Part shown: positions 20,083 through 29,288 of the stretch, in pieces
How positions within the stretch are numbered: the stretch's first letter is position 1
Layout: each line of letters starts with the position of its first letter
Source of the DNA: an uncultured Candidatus Actinomarina sp.
GTDB taxonomy: Bacteria; Actinomycetota; Acidimicrobiia; Actinomarinales; Actinomarinaceae
Assembly (NCBI GenBank): GCA_902622665.1
Contig: CACNQV010000003.1
Coordinates: 21,678-85,677, forward strand
Length of the DNA stretch: 64,000 nucleotides
Direction: 5' to 3'
The notes under the pieces: model-generated
Database searches by the model: none
What the model was told of the DNA's origin: nothing
What the model saw: the letters and a program-made list of their open reading frames with translations, nothing else
Translations under genes and position numbers: made by a program

Positions 20083-20922
20083 TTAAAAACTAATATTAAG
20101 TTGATATTTTTCAGAAAATTTTTTTAATTCAACGGAGCTGAGTTGAGATAATGAATATTTTTCTATAGTCTTAGGTACTTTAACGTCCAATCTCAAAGTA
20201 GTAAGGCTTTTAAATAACTTAAGCAATTCATAGTTTTCGAATATTGTGTTTGCATGTCTTTCTCCACTTCTTATATTGTTTTTCCATGTATTTAGATTTT
20301 GATAAATATTTTCAATGTTTTCATACTCTTGAAGTAGCAACGATGCTGTTTTTTCACCAATACCATTCATACCTGGAATGCCATCAGAAGAATCACCAAC
20401 AAGAGCAAGAAAATCTGGTATTTGATGAGGATGTACTCCAAATTTTTTATAAACATCATCTCCTGTTGTAAAAGATTTATACCTAGTGGAGTACATTGAA
20501 ATATTATTAACATTTAGACATTGCATTAGATCTTTATCTAATGATCCAATGATAATTTCTACATTTTCATTTTTAAATAGCTCACATACAGACGCAATAG
20601 CATCATCTGCTTCGTAATGATCCATTGATAATAAAGTAAGTCCAAGTAATTCTGTAACTTTTTCAGCCAAAGGAAATTGATCTAATATTTCTTTATCAAT
20701 ATTTTTGCTAGATTTGTATTCGCTATAAATTTCATTTCTAAAAGATTCAACCTTTGAATCGAATGCAACACCTATATATTCATAATTCTTTTTCAAGGAT
20801 TGCAAGTGGTTTACATATCCTTTTAATGCTCCTACTTCTTTACCTTGTTTAGTCTTTCTACTCGGATAACCAAAATGTGCCCTAAAAAGTTCGTAGGTTC
20901 CATCGACTAAGTAGATTTGCAT
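20083..20922 (-). CDS. 5'-3' exonuclease / flap endonuclease (Pol I N-terminal-domain-like)
   Basis: 279 aa. YLVDGTYELFRAHF start, acidic clusters (AFDS, EADD, DKDL) and an H3TH segment LVGDSSDGIPGMNGIGEKTA. Confidence 0.85.
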   Translation of the reverse strand: MQIYLVDGTYELFRAHFGYPSRKTKQGKEVGALKGYVNHLQSLKKNYEYIGVAFDSKVESFRNEIYSEYKSSKNIDKEILDQFPLAEKVTELLGLTLLSMDHYEADDAIASVCELFKNENVEIIIGSLDKDLMQCLNVNNISMYSTRYKSFTTGDDVYKKFGVHPHQIPDFLALVGDSSDGIPGMNGIGEKTASLLLQEYENIENIYQNLNTWKNNIRSGERHANTIFENYELLKLFKSLTTLRLDVKVPKTIEKYSLSQLSSVELKKFSEKYQLNISF

Positions 20923-20949
20923 AATTAAAATTTTAATTTAATTTCACTA

Positions 20950-20994
20950 GAAAAAGCAAAAATCCCGATTGATCTTGCGACCCTTCGGGATTTT
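20950..20994 (-). terminator. Rho-independent terminator downstream of metY
   Basis: Minus-sense RNA: AAAAUCCCGA-AG-GGUC-GCAA-GAUC-AA-UCGGGAUUUU followed by UGCUUUUUC. This gives a 10-bp outer stem, a 4-bp inner stem closed by a GNRA (GCAA) tetraloop, then a U-rich tail. The inner stem needs a G.U pair that exists only in the minus-sense transcript. Confidence 0.6.
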
Positions 20995-21197
20995 CTGTTC
21001 TATCTTATTTTCAATCTTGCGATTTATTTTCTGATAGTGTTATATAAATATACGTTAGTTTTTAGTCTTGTGCAAGAAAATTACTAATGTATTTTTCGCG
21101 AGGTTTTTCAAAGTTTTTAATCATATTTTTAAATCATTCAAGTTCTATTAATTTACTTGAATCAAATTCGAATATTGGAAAGTAATATTTTATTATA

Positions 21198-22478
21198 TTA
21201 CTTTGTACTTTCAAGTGCTTGTGATAAATCTTCAATGATATCTTCAATATCTTCAATACCAATTGAAAGCCTAATTAGTTCTGGTGGTGAACCAGCAGCA
21301 ATTAGTTGTTCTTCATCTAATTGTGAATGGGTCGTTGTTGCTGGATGTATTGCTAAAGACCTAGTGTCTCCAACATTGGCAACGTGTCTGAACATTTTTA
21401 AATTGTCTATAAATTTTTGTCCAGCATCTTTTCCACCTTTAATTCCAAACACAACCATTGTTCCACCAGTGCCTCTGAGATATTTTTCTGATAAATCATA
21501 CGCAGGATCGTCTTTTAATCCAGGGAATCTGACCCATTCTACAAGTTCGTGTCCAGACAAATACTCTGCTGATTTAATTGCATTTTCGCAGTGACGTTCC
21601 ATTCTTAGACCTAATGTTTCAAGACCACTCATAACTTCAAATGCGGTATCTGGTGACATATTTGCACCAAGATTTCTTAAAGGAACGGTTCTAAGTCTTA
21701 GTGAATATGCAACATTTCCTAAATCACCCAAGTCATGACCCCATCTCATACCACCATAACTTGTATCTGGTTTGTCATACAAAGGAAAGTTTCCATTACC
21801 CCAGTCAAAACCTCCTTTTTCAATAACTGCTCCAGCAATAACCCTTCCATGACCAGACATCCATTTAGTTAAGGAATAAACAACGATATCTGCACCAAAA
21901 TCAAAAGATTTTTGTATTGCAGATGTTGTAAAGGTAGCATCAACAATCAAAGGTATACCGTTTGCATGAGCAATTTCAGATAATGCTGCTAAATCTGCAA
22001 CAACCAATCCTGGATTGGTAATTGTTTCACAATAGATAGCTCTTGTTTTTTCATCAATACTTTCTTCAACTGCCTTAAAATCAGTTATATCAACTTTTTT
22101 TGCATTTATTCCATATTCTGGAAGTATGTTGTCAAACATTGTATAAGTACCCCCATAAAGCTGGCTTGCTGAAATAAAGTTGTCACCTTGACTCATGATA
22201 TTTATTAGGGAATACATAACTGCAGATGTTCCTGAAGATAAAGCAACACACATAGCGCCATCTTCTAAGGCAGTAAGTCTTGCTTCAAGTGCACCAACAG
22301 TTGGATTTCCAATCCTAGAATAAATATTTCCAAACTCTTTTAAAGCAAACAAGCTCGCTGCATGTTCAGTATTGTTGAATTGATAAGCTGTAGTTCTATA
22401 AATAGGGACCGTTATGGCTCCTTCAGAATCTTCATCTGAATCCCACCCTGCATGAATAAGTTTTGAATTAAACTTCAT
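21198..22478 (-). CDS. metY: O-acetylhomoserine sulfhydrylase (PLP-dependent, Cys/Met-metabolism family)
   Basis: 426 aa. Typical N-terminus HAGWDSD..GAITVPIY.T.AY and PLP-lysine region YSLTKWMSGHG. Confidence 0.9.
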   Translation of the reverse strand: MKFNSKLIHAGWDSDEDSEGAITVPIYRTTAYQFNNTEHAASLFALKEFGNIYSRIGNPTVGALEARLTALEDGAMCVALSSGTSAVMYSLINIMSQGDNFISASQLYGGTYTMFDNILPEYGINAKKVDITDFKAVEESIDEKTRAIYCETITNPGLVVADLAALSEIAHANGIPLIVDATFTTSAIQKSFDFGADIVVYSLTKWMSGHGRVIAGAVIEKGGFDWGNGNFPLYDKPDTSYGGMRWGHDLGDLGNVAYSLRLRTVPLRNLGANMSPDTAFEVMSGLETLGLRMERHCENAIKSAEYLSGHELVEWVRFPGLKDDPAYDLSEKYLRGTGGTMVVFGIKGGKDAGQKFIDNLKMFRHVANVGDTRSLAIHPATTTHSQLDEEQLIAAGSPPELIRLSIGIEDIEDIIEDLSQALESTK

Positions 22479-22598
22479 AAATTTCTCCTTTTTACTGGAG
22501 AAGGATTTTGACTATTTAGTTGCATTTCTGCCACATCTTCTAGCACCTTGGATAGTCATCCAGGTTGCCGAGGTCTAAACCTTCTCTATATGCTTCTT
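22479..22598 (-). promoter_or_regulatory. Candidate SAM riboswitch (SAM-I clan; SAM-IV or SAM-I/IV-like compact form) in the metY leader
   Basis: Minus-sense: GCAUAUAGAGAAGGUUUAGACCUCGGCAACCUGGAUGACUAUCCAAGGUGCUAGAAGAUGUGG.. It contains the SAM-I-clan core strings AGAG..GG, GGCAACC-(hairpin)-AAGGUGCUA. A homologous copy lies upstream of metK. Downstream, CCUUCUCC can pair with the SD GGAGAA. Confidence 0.6.
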
Positions 22599-22625
22599 AA
22601 ATTATATCAAATGATTTCAAGACTA

Positions 22626-23714
22626 TTAAATATTTTCTATTTTTTCCCACCTTCTCTCATCGTGACCAAAGTGTGAAAATAAAGTATCTTTTCTGTAATC
22701 TACTTTAGTTAGGTTTAATCTTTCAATAATAGCTGCTGGTTTCATATCAAACTTTCCAACAAAATCATTTAATTTACTTTCTTCAACTTTAAGTGTGTCG
22801 AAAGTCTCTATAGTTAACTCGTATGGCTCAGCTTTACCAATCGCATATGAAACTCTCACTAAACATTCACTTGCTAATTTATGAGCTACAACATTTTTTG
22901 CTAAATGTCTTGCAGCGTAAGCAGCTGATCTATCTACCTTACTAGGATCTTTTCCTGAAAATGCACCACCGCCTACTGGTATTGTTGGGCCATAAGCATC
23001 AACAACTATCTTTCGACCAGTAAGCCCCGTATCGCCAGCTGGACCTCCCTTGACAAATGATCCAGATGGATTCAAATCTAACTTAAATTCAGATTCAATA
23101 TGGTTAGCGACAATACTTGAAACATCTTCAAATAGTTTTTCCATATTAATCTCTCTCTTATGTTGGGTCGATACAACAACTTTTGTTATTTCTCCACCAC
23201 TTGTTACTTGTACTTTTGAGTCAAGATCAAGCATCTCATCTGATTTTTGAAGATCCCATAGAGATTTTTGTATATTTCTGGAAATATCAAATGTTGGTGG
23301 CATAAATGATTTTGTTTTATTAGTTGCAAATCCTATCATAATTCCCTGATCGCCAGCACCTTGGTCCTTATCATCTTCAACAGCTGCTCGAATTTCCTCA
23401 GATTGTGGAGTTAATTCGTTATAAATTGATAAATTATCTAAATCAAAATCTTCAAAACTAGTTTTTATAGTTATTTTCAATGCTTCTTTGACAATTGAAA
23501 TAACTTCGTCAGTAGATATTTCTGCGACCTCACTAATTTCTCCACCAACAAGAACTAAACCACCTTTCTTTGTTCCAGTAAGAAAAGTCTCTACTGCAAC
23601 TCTTGATGAACTATTATTTTGCAAAGCTTTGGTAAGAACATAATCTGAGATTAAGTCTGCAATTTTATCTGGGTGCCCAGGCGAAACGGTTTCGGCAGTT
23701 ACATAATTTGTCAA
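22626..23714 (-). CDS. metK: S-adenosylmethionine synthetase
   Basis: 362 aa. SPGHPDKIADLISD, GAGDQGIM, GGGAFSGKDPSKVDRSAAY. The start codon is TTG, preceded by GGAG. Confidence 0.95.
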   Translation of the reverse strand: MTNYVTAETVSPGHPDKIADLISDYVLTKALQNNSSSRVAVETFLTGTKKGGLVLVGGEISEVAEISTDEVISIVKEALKITIKTSFEDFDLDNLSIYNELTPQSEEIRAAVEDDKDQGAGDQGIMIGFATNKTKSFMPPTFDISRNIQKSLWDLQKSDEMLDLDSKVQVTSGGEITKVVVSTQHKREINMEKLFEDVSSIVANHIESEFKLDLNPSGSFVKGGPAGDTGLTGRKIVVDAYGPTIPVGGGAFSGKDPSKVDRSAAYAARHLAKNVVAHKLASECLVRVSYAIGKAEPYELTIETFDTLKVEESKLNDFVGKFDMKPAAIIERLNLTKVDYRKDTLFSHFGHDERRWEKIENI

Positions 23715-23830
23715 AAAAACTCCAAAATTAATTATGCAAGTTCAAGAACGCCAATTTTTGTTGTATAACCACATCAAAAAGCACCTTAGTTGGCAACTAG
23801 GTTGCTGAGGAATTCCTCTCTCTATGCAAC
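23715..23830 (-). promoter_or_regulatory. Candidate SAM riboswitch (SAM-I clan) in the metK leader
   Basis: Minus-sense: GUUGCAUAGAGAGAGGAAUUCCUCAGCAACCUAGUUGCCAACUAAGGUGCUUUUUGAUGUGGUUAUACAAC.. It has the same core as the metY leader, with compensatory changes in the hairpin after GCAACC. Confidence 0.6.
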
Positions 23831-23910
23831 TTATATAGTAATTAAATTATTATGAATTTCAATTAATATACATACAAAACTTTAAATAATTCTTTGGCTA
23901 ATCTTTAACT

Positions 23911-25089
23911 ATGATTTCCGATACTAAAAAAATATCTGGTCTTTTACTATCAGTTGGCTTTTCATCAATTGGTTTCATAGCTGCCATCACTGTTACTGTG
24001 TTAGCTGCAAGAGAAGTCTCGAGTAATCCTTTGTTTCTTGGGTTTCCAAATGCTGTAGGAGTTGGTGGTGCTTTTATTGGAACCCAAATATTTTATAAAA
24101 TTTCAAAGAAATATTCTAGACTTGCTGCACTATCTGTGACATTTTTTGTAGGAGCAATTGGAAGTGTAGTGTTGTTTTACAGTCTTATTGTTGACTCATT
24201 CTTTTTATTAATGGTTGGAGCATTAATACTTGGATTTGGACAATCAGCAACACTTCAATCTAGATATGCTGCTTCATTTGTAGCAAGTGAAAAATTTAAA
24301 GCTACAGCATTATCTCTAGCGGTTTGGTTTTCTGTTTTTGGATCAGTTTTTGGACCAAGATTAGTTGGTGTCTACTCTAACTATTTTGAAAACTTATTTA
24401 ACTCTGAGTTAATTGTTGGTTATATAGTTGCAATGGTTGGTATGCTTTTTGCATCCGCATCCGTTTTAACCTTTACTTCGTCAAACAGCTCGTTACGAAA
24501 CCCAGCAGAAGTAGAAGAAGTTGTACAAAAAGAAATTGAATCAAAAAAAGATGGAAGTATATTAACACTTCTTTTAGTTCTGAATCATTTCACAATGGTC
24601 GTAATTATGTCTGCAACGCCCCTTCATGTAAAAGATATTGGAGAAACTGTTGAATTAGTCGGAGTTATTATTAGCTACCACACACTTGGGATGTTTTTAC
24701 TATCACCTATTTTAGGTAATTATGTTGACAAGTACGGATACAAAAGTTTTACGTATATTGGTACTGGAATTTTATTCATAAGCTGTTTGACAACATTTTT
24801 TGACTCAGGACCGCTTGGACTTAAAATTGGACTTTATTTGCTTGGCCTTGGTTGGAACTTCAATTACGTGGCAATTAGTTCAGCAATATCTAAATTTTCT
24901 TTAAAATTTAAGACCCCTTTAAATATTCGCAGTGATTCATATGTATTCTTAGGAAGCTTTGCAGCCCACACGACGTTAGGAATATCTTATTTGCTAGTGG
25001 GTTTTAAAGGATTAGTTTCTGTAGGTATGTTTGTGAGTGTGTTTTTATTTTTAAATTTAAAGAAATTAAACAAACTCGATATTGACTAA
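23911..25089 (+). CDS. MFS transporter
   Basis: 392 aa with about 12 predicted hydrophobic helices. Substrate unknown. Confidence 0.75.
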   Translation: MISDTKKISGLLLSVGFSSIGFIAAITVTVLAAREVSSNPLFLGFPNAVGVGGAFIGTQIFYKISKKYSRLAALSVTFFVGAIGSVVLFYSLIVDSFFLLMVGALILGFGQSATLQSRYAASFVASEKFKATALSLAVWFSVFGSVFGPRLVGVYSNYFENLFNSELIVGYIVAMVGMLFASASVLTFTSSNSSLRNPAEVEEVVQKEIESKKDGSILTLLLVLNHFTMVVIMSATPLHVKDIGETVELVGVIISYHTLGMFLLSPILGNYVDKYGYKSFTYIGTGILFISCLTTFFDSGPLGLKIGLYLLGLGWNFNYVAISSAISKFSLKFKTPLNIRSDSYVFLGSFAAHTTLGISYLLVGFKGLVSVGMFVSVFLFLNLKKLNKLDID

Positions 25090-25692
25090 ATGAATCCTGA
25101 TTTCTCTATAGAAGAAAAATTTTTAATTAAAAAAGATAAAATTTTATCAAAAGTTATTAAAGCTAATGGACCCATAAAATTCTCAACCAATAAAAAAGAC
25201 CCTTTTAATGCCCTTGTAGATATAATTATTTCACAATTCATCTCAACATTGGCTGCCAAAAGTATAAAAGATAAAATATTAGAAAATTTTAATGAAAAAT
25301 GTTTTAAAGTAGAAAACTTTGAAAAACTTAATATTCTTCAAATAAAAAATTTAGGGTTAAGCCTTAACAAAGCCAAATCAATTAAAGCGGTAATCATTTG
25401 GATTGAAACACAATCAATGAAAAATTTTTTCAGTCTTACTCAGGCCGAAAGAGAAAAGTCATTATTAAAAATTTTTGGAATTGGTCCTTGGAGTGTTGAC
25501 ATGTTTGAAATGTTTTGTATTCGTAATAAGAATATTTTTTCATATGGTGATGCTGCTTTAAGACAAGCAATGATTCAACTAGGAATGATTGATAAAAATG
25601 CAACTCAAAAACATTTTGAAACTTATGCAGAAAAATGGGATCCATACAAAACTCACGCTTGTTTGCATTTGTGGAAGATGATTGAGTCTTAA
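25090..25692 (+). CDS. DNA-3-methyladenine glycosylase II-like (HhH-GPD superfamily, AlkA-type)
   Basis: 200 aa. HhH-GPD segment LLKIFGIGPWSVDMFEMF and a downstream Asp in YGDAALRQA. Confidence 0.8.
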   Translation: MNPDFSIEEKFLIKKDKILSKVIKANGPIKFSTNKKDPFNALVDIIISQFISTLAAKSIKDKILENFNEKCFKVENFEKLNILQIKNLGLSLNKAKSIKAVIIWIETQSMKNFFSLTQAEREKSLLKIFGIGPWSVDMFEMFCIRNKNIFSYGDAALRQAMIQLGMIDKNATQKHFETYAEKWDPYKTHACLHLWKMIES

Positions 25693-26957
25693 ATTGTTAC
25701 TTTAACGTCCTCAATGGGGTGAGGGATTGGAGTAGGCCTAATATTTAGACTTTTGTCAATTGAAGGTAGCTCAACATTTTGAACATACTTGTAAATTACA
25801 TTTTTAAACATATAACTAGCAAAAAACTTTCCAATACAGGTATGCGCACCCCCAGCGAAGGGGAAATAAGCTTGATTTGTATAGCTTGGATCTATAAATC
25901 TGTACGGATCAAAAATTGACGGATTATCCCAATACCTCTCATCATGATGTATGAGTAAAGGACTTATTGTTAGATAAGTCCCACCATCTACATCGTAGCC
26001 TCCAATTTTTGTATCTCTCATAACTCTTCTTATTGAAAATGGAACTGGTGGGTAAAATCTGATTGCTTCTTTAAAAATTGATTCTGCAAAATTTCCATTT
26101 TTAAGTGATGTTATATCCAGTGGATCAACTTCTGAAGCTTCTTTTCGAAGATCATTTAAAAAATTTGTATTTTTTGAGAGATTATAAATGGAATTAGTAA
26201 GTGTTATTGTAGTTGTGTCATGAGCTGCAAGTAGCAAAAAAATCATGTGTTCTGCAATCTCAAAATTACTAAGTCCAGCATCTCCTTTATTTGTGTTTAC
26301 TAATTCTGCAAATAGTGTTTTTTTACTTTCTTCATCAATCATCTGGGACTTAGACTGAAAATAATCAAGTAGATACTCTCTCGCTTTAAGGCCCTTCTTT
26401 AGTTGGGTAAATGGAAGAGGCCATCGAACAGCTGATGTTGCAGATGCAATAGAATCCATAAAAAGATTATTTAACTTTTGGGATTCATGGTTTTTTACAT
26501 CTAAAAAAAATAAACTTAGAGATATATTGAACATTAATTGTTTTATTGATTCATACAAATTAAATGATTTTTGAGTTTTTATGCTTTCTATCCAATTATC
26601 GATAATTGGTTGAATAATAGAAAGATAATTACGAATTGCATCGTGTCTAAAAGAATCTTGAAGAAGAGTTCTATGATACTTATGGTCATCAAAGTCACGA
26701 AGCATCAATCCATTTTCAAATGTTGGACCTAATGTGACTGCCCATCCTTCTTTTGAAGAAAAATTGTCATCTTTATCTAAAAAGACCTCTTTTGTAATTT
26801 CAGGAGTTAAAAGAACTATAAAATTCTCATTTAACAGTGAAATCTGAAATATATCTCCATATTTTTTTTGCTTCTCAGCTGTAAAATTAAGCGCATCTCT
26901 TTGAAATGGTATAGAGTGACCAATTATTGGTAAACCAGGTACTTTAGGTATTTCCAT
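25689..26957 (-). CDS. Cytochrome P450
   Basis: 422 aa. I-helix LLAAHDTTT, ExxR (EAIRFYPP) and heme-thiolate loop FPFAGGAHTCIGKFFA. Confidence 0.9.
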   Translation of the reverse strand: MEIPKVPGLPIIGHSIPFQRDALNFTAEKQKKYGDIFQISLLNENFIVLLTPEITKEVFLDKDDNFSSKEGWAVTLGPTFENGLMLRDFDDHKYHRTLLQDSFRHDAIRNYLSIIQPIIDNWIESIKTQKSFNLYESIKQLMFNISLSLFFLDVKNHESQKLNNLFMDSIASATSAVRWPLPFTQLKKGLKAREYLLDYFQSKSQMIDEESKKTLFAELVNTNKGDAGLSNFEIAEHMIFLLLAAHDTTTITLTNSIYNLSKNTNFLNDLRKEASEVDPLDITSLKNGNFAESIFKEAIRFYPPVPFSIRRVMRDTKIGGYDVDGGTYLTISPLLIHHDERYWDNPSIFDPYRFIDPSYTNQAYFPFAGGAHTCIGKFFASYMFKNVIYKYVQNVELPSIDKSLNIRPTPIPHPIEDVKVTI

Positions 26958-27006
26958 GACTGTATTTTACAACTAATCAAAGAAGTTGAAAAGATTGTTC
27001 ATCAAA

Positions 27007-27831
27007 TTATAAAACAAACTCATCTAGATCTTTACCAATAATTATTTCACCCTTGTAATATTTCGATATTTCAGCCTTGAGAGTTTCCTCATCAAATACG
27101 GGTGGAACAAAATGGTTTAATATTAGCTTTTTTACATTTGCTGCTTTTGCTAAAGTACCAACATCTTTTGGCGTAGAGTGATAATCTTTTACATTCTTTA
27201 GTGTATCTTCTGTCATCCTTTTCTCATTAAAAGCAAGGCTTACAAAAACTTCATGAATTAAGTATTCTGCATTTTTTGAAGCTTTCTCTAAATTTTTACT
27301 ATATCGCGTGTCACCTGAATAAGTTATTTTTTTATCATCTACGAAAACTTGATACCCATAAGCTGGCTCAACAGGTTGGTGTTGTACTTCAATACTTGTT
27401 ATTTTTATGCCCATTTCTTCATAAATAAATTCATTATCAATTTCAATAATGTTTATATCTAAACCTTCATGATTAGGTCTTTTCTCCCAGTCGACTCTCA
27501 GATTTAATTCATCTGCATATGCTTCGACAGTTTTATCGAAAAACTTTTTTATACCTTTTGGTCCAACGATTTTAAATGGCCTAGTTCTTCCAGTGTGCCA
27601 CCCTGAAATATAAAGTTGATATAAATCAACAATATGGTCTGAGTGAAGGTGCGTAATTAAAATGATATCTATCTCTGATGGGGCTAATCCGAACTCGCTC
27701 AATCTTTGTGTTACTCCAGAACCAGCGTCTATCAATATTTTATGTTTTTCTGTAGAGATTAAAGTGCTTGGACCGTAGCGAATATGGCTTGGACTAGGGC
27801 AGCCTGTGCCAAGTAAAACAATTCTATTCAT
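27007..27831 (-). CDS. MBL-fold metallo-hydrolase (RNase Z/BN-like)
   Basis: 274 aa. ILITHLHSDHIVDL (HxHxDH) plus later His/Asp motifs. Confidence 0.8.
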   Translation of the reverse strand: MNRIVLLGTGCPSPSHIRYGPSTLISTEKHKILIDAGSGVTQRLSEFGLAPSEIDIILITHLHSDHIVDLYQLYISGWHTGRTRPFKIVGPKGIKKFFDKTVEAYADELNLRVDWEKRPNHEGLDINIIEIDNEFIYEEMGIKITSIEVQHQPVEPAYGYQVFVDDKKITYSGDTRYSKNLEKASKNAEYLIHEVFVSLAFNEKRMTEDTLKNVKDYHSTPKDVGTLAKAANVKKLILNHFVPPVFDEETLKAEISKYYKGEIIIGKDLDEFVL

Positions 27832-28693
27832 TTGAACCTGAATTTATTGTTAGATTACTTAATACTATTTGAGGTCTCATACCAGAACTTATCTCTTGCA
27901 TTGCAGTTTCAAGTTTTAGAATAAAATCATAGTAATCTTGATCAAGGTTTTCCTGGATAATTAATGAACTTCCTAAATAAGTAAGACTTTCTACTAAAAC
28001 AGAGTTTGAAGTTATGTTTCTGGTTTCGTCAAAATTGGAAACGAACTCATTAATTGTGTTGAGAAAAATTTGGTAATGTTTTATTCTTTCTGATTCAGTT
28101 TCGTTAATTTCCTTAAGATCCTGTGTAGCTTCTTGTAATTTTTCAACTAAGTTCTTATCTACATCCAAATTTAAATATGTACCATCTAAAAATTTTTCGA
28201 AATCTAAAGTTGAAAAATCAAATTTAATTTCATTCTCAGATTCAAGAAATATTGTCCTACATCTACTTTTTATCGTAGATAAAATTGTGTTTTGAGAATC
28301 GTCTCGTGCATGTGACCAAAACTTACCTGAAGATAAAATTATAAAAATACTTCTACTTGAAGGCTCCTCTATAGTTTTAAGTAATGCATTTGATGCTTCT
28401 TCGGTTAATGACTTTACGGGAGGAAATATTACTACTTTATATCTACCCTCAATAGGTGAAAGACTATCTTTATTAATAACATCTCTAATATCTTCAACTC
28501 CTAAAGTGTTTAGATTTTCAGAATCTATAATCTTGATATCGGGGTGTTCAGCGTAATCTTTTGAATCAAAAGCTAATAACATTGCAAACATTTTTGCTTG
28601 TTTCATTAACTCAGATGAAAAATTTGAAAATAACAAATAGGAGTGAAATGGTACTTCTACTTCTTGTAATAATTTTTTATTTACTGTTGTCAA
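27824..28693 (-). CDS. holB: DNA polymerase III delta' subunit-like clamp-loader protein
   Basis: 289 aa. EEASNALLKTIEEPSSRSIFIILSS and SRCRTIFL motifs. It lies immediately downstream of tmk, as in many Actinobacteria. Confidence 0.75.
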   Translation of the reverse strand: MTTVNKKLLQEVEVPFHSYLLFSNFSSELMKQAKMFAMLLAFDSKDYAEHPDIKIIDSENLNTLGVEDIRDVINKDSLSPIEGRYKVVIFPPVKSLTEEASNALLKTIEEPSSRSIFIILSSGKFWSHARDDSQNTILSTIKSRCRTIFLESENEIKFDFSTLDFEKFLDGTYLNLDVDKNLVEKLQEATQDLKEINETESERIKHYQIFLNTINEFVSNFDETRNITSNSVLVESLTYLGSSLIIQENLDQDYYDFILKLETAMQEISSGMRPQIVLSNLTINSGSNE

Positions 28694-29288
28694 TTTCTAA
28701 CCAGCCACAAATGGCCTCTATATTTACATCAATATTTTTCTCAGCATTTAAAACTAGAAAGTCATTTTCAAATTCCTTAGCAAGTTGCAAGTATCCGCTG
28801 CGAACTTTTTGAAAAAATTCAATTTCTCCACTTCCAATTCTGTCAACAATCTTTTGTCTAGATAAAGATACTTTTGGATCAATATCAAGAAGTACTACTT
28901 TTTTTGGCCAAATGCTCTTAATTGCCAAATCATTTAATTCATATATTTTTTTATATCCTAACTCCCTTCCAACCCCTTGGTAAGCAACGGATGAATATGC
29001 AGATCTATCTGTGATAACTATTTGTCCATTATCAAGTGACGGCTTTACTGTTTCTTGGATCAACTGAGCTCTACTTGCACTCATAAGAAGTGCTTCTGCT
29101 AGTGGGTTTACTTGATAATCATGACTTAATAATAATTCTCTTATCCCTTCACCAACAGATGTTCCTCCAGGTTCTCTTACAATTATGTGATCTTTGTTTT
29201 GAGAATTTAAAATATCTGAAAGATTTTCAATAATACTGGTTTTACCAGATCCATCAATTCCTTCAAAGGCTATGTAATTAGAATTCAT
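28677..29288 (-). CDS. tmk: Thymidylate kinase
   Basis: 203 aa. P-loop FEGIDGSGKTS, REPGGT and DRSAYSSVAYQG. Confidence 0.92.
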   Translation of the reverse strand: MNSNYIAFEGIDGSGKTSIIENLSDILNSQNKDHIIVREPGGTSVGEGIRELLLSHDYQVNPLAEALLMSASRAQLIQETVKPSLDNGQIVITDRSAYSSVAYQGVGRELGYKKIYELNDLAIKSIWPKKVVLLDIDPKVSLSRQKIVDRIGSGEIEFFQKVRSGYLQLAKEFENDFLVLNAEKNIDVNIEAICGWLEIDNSK

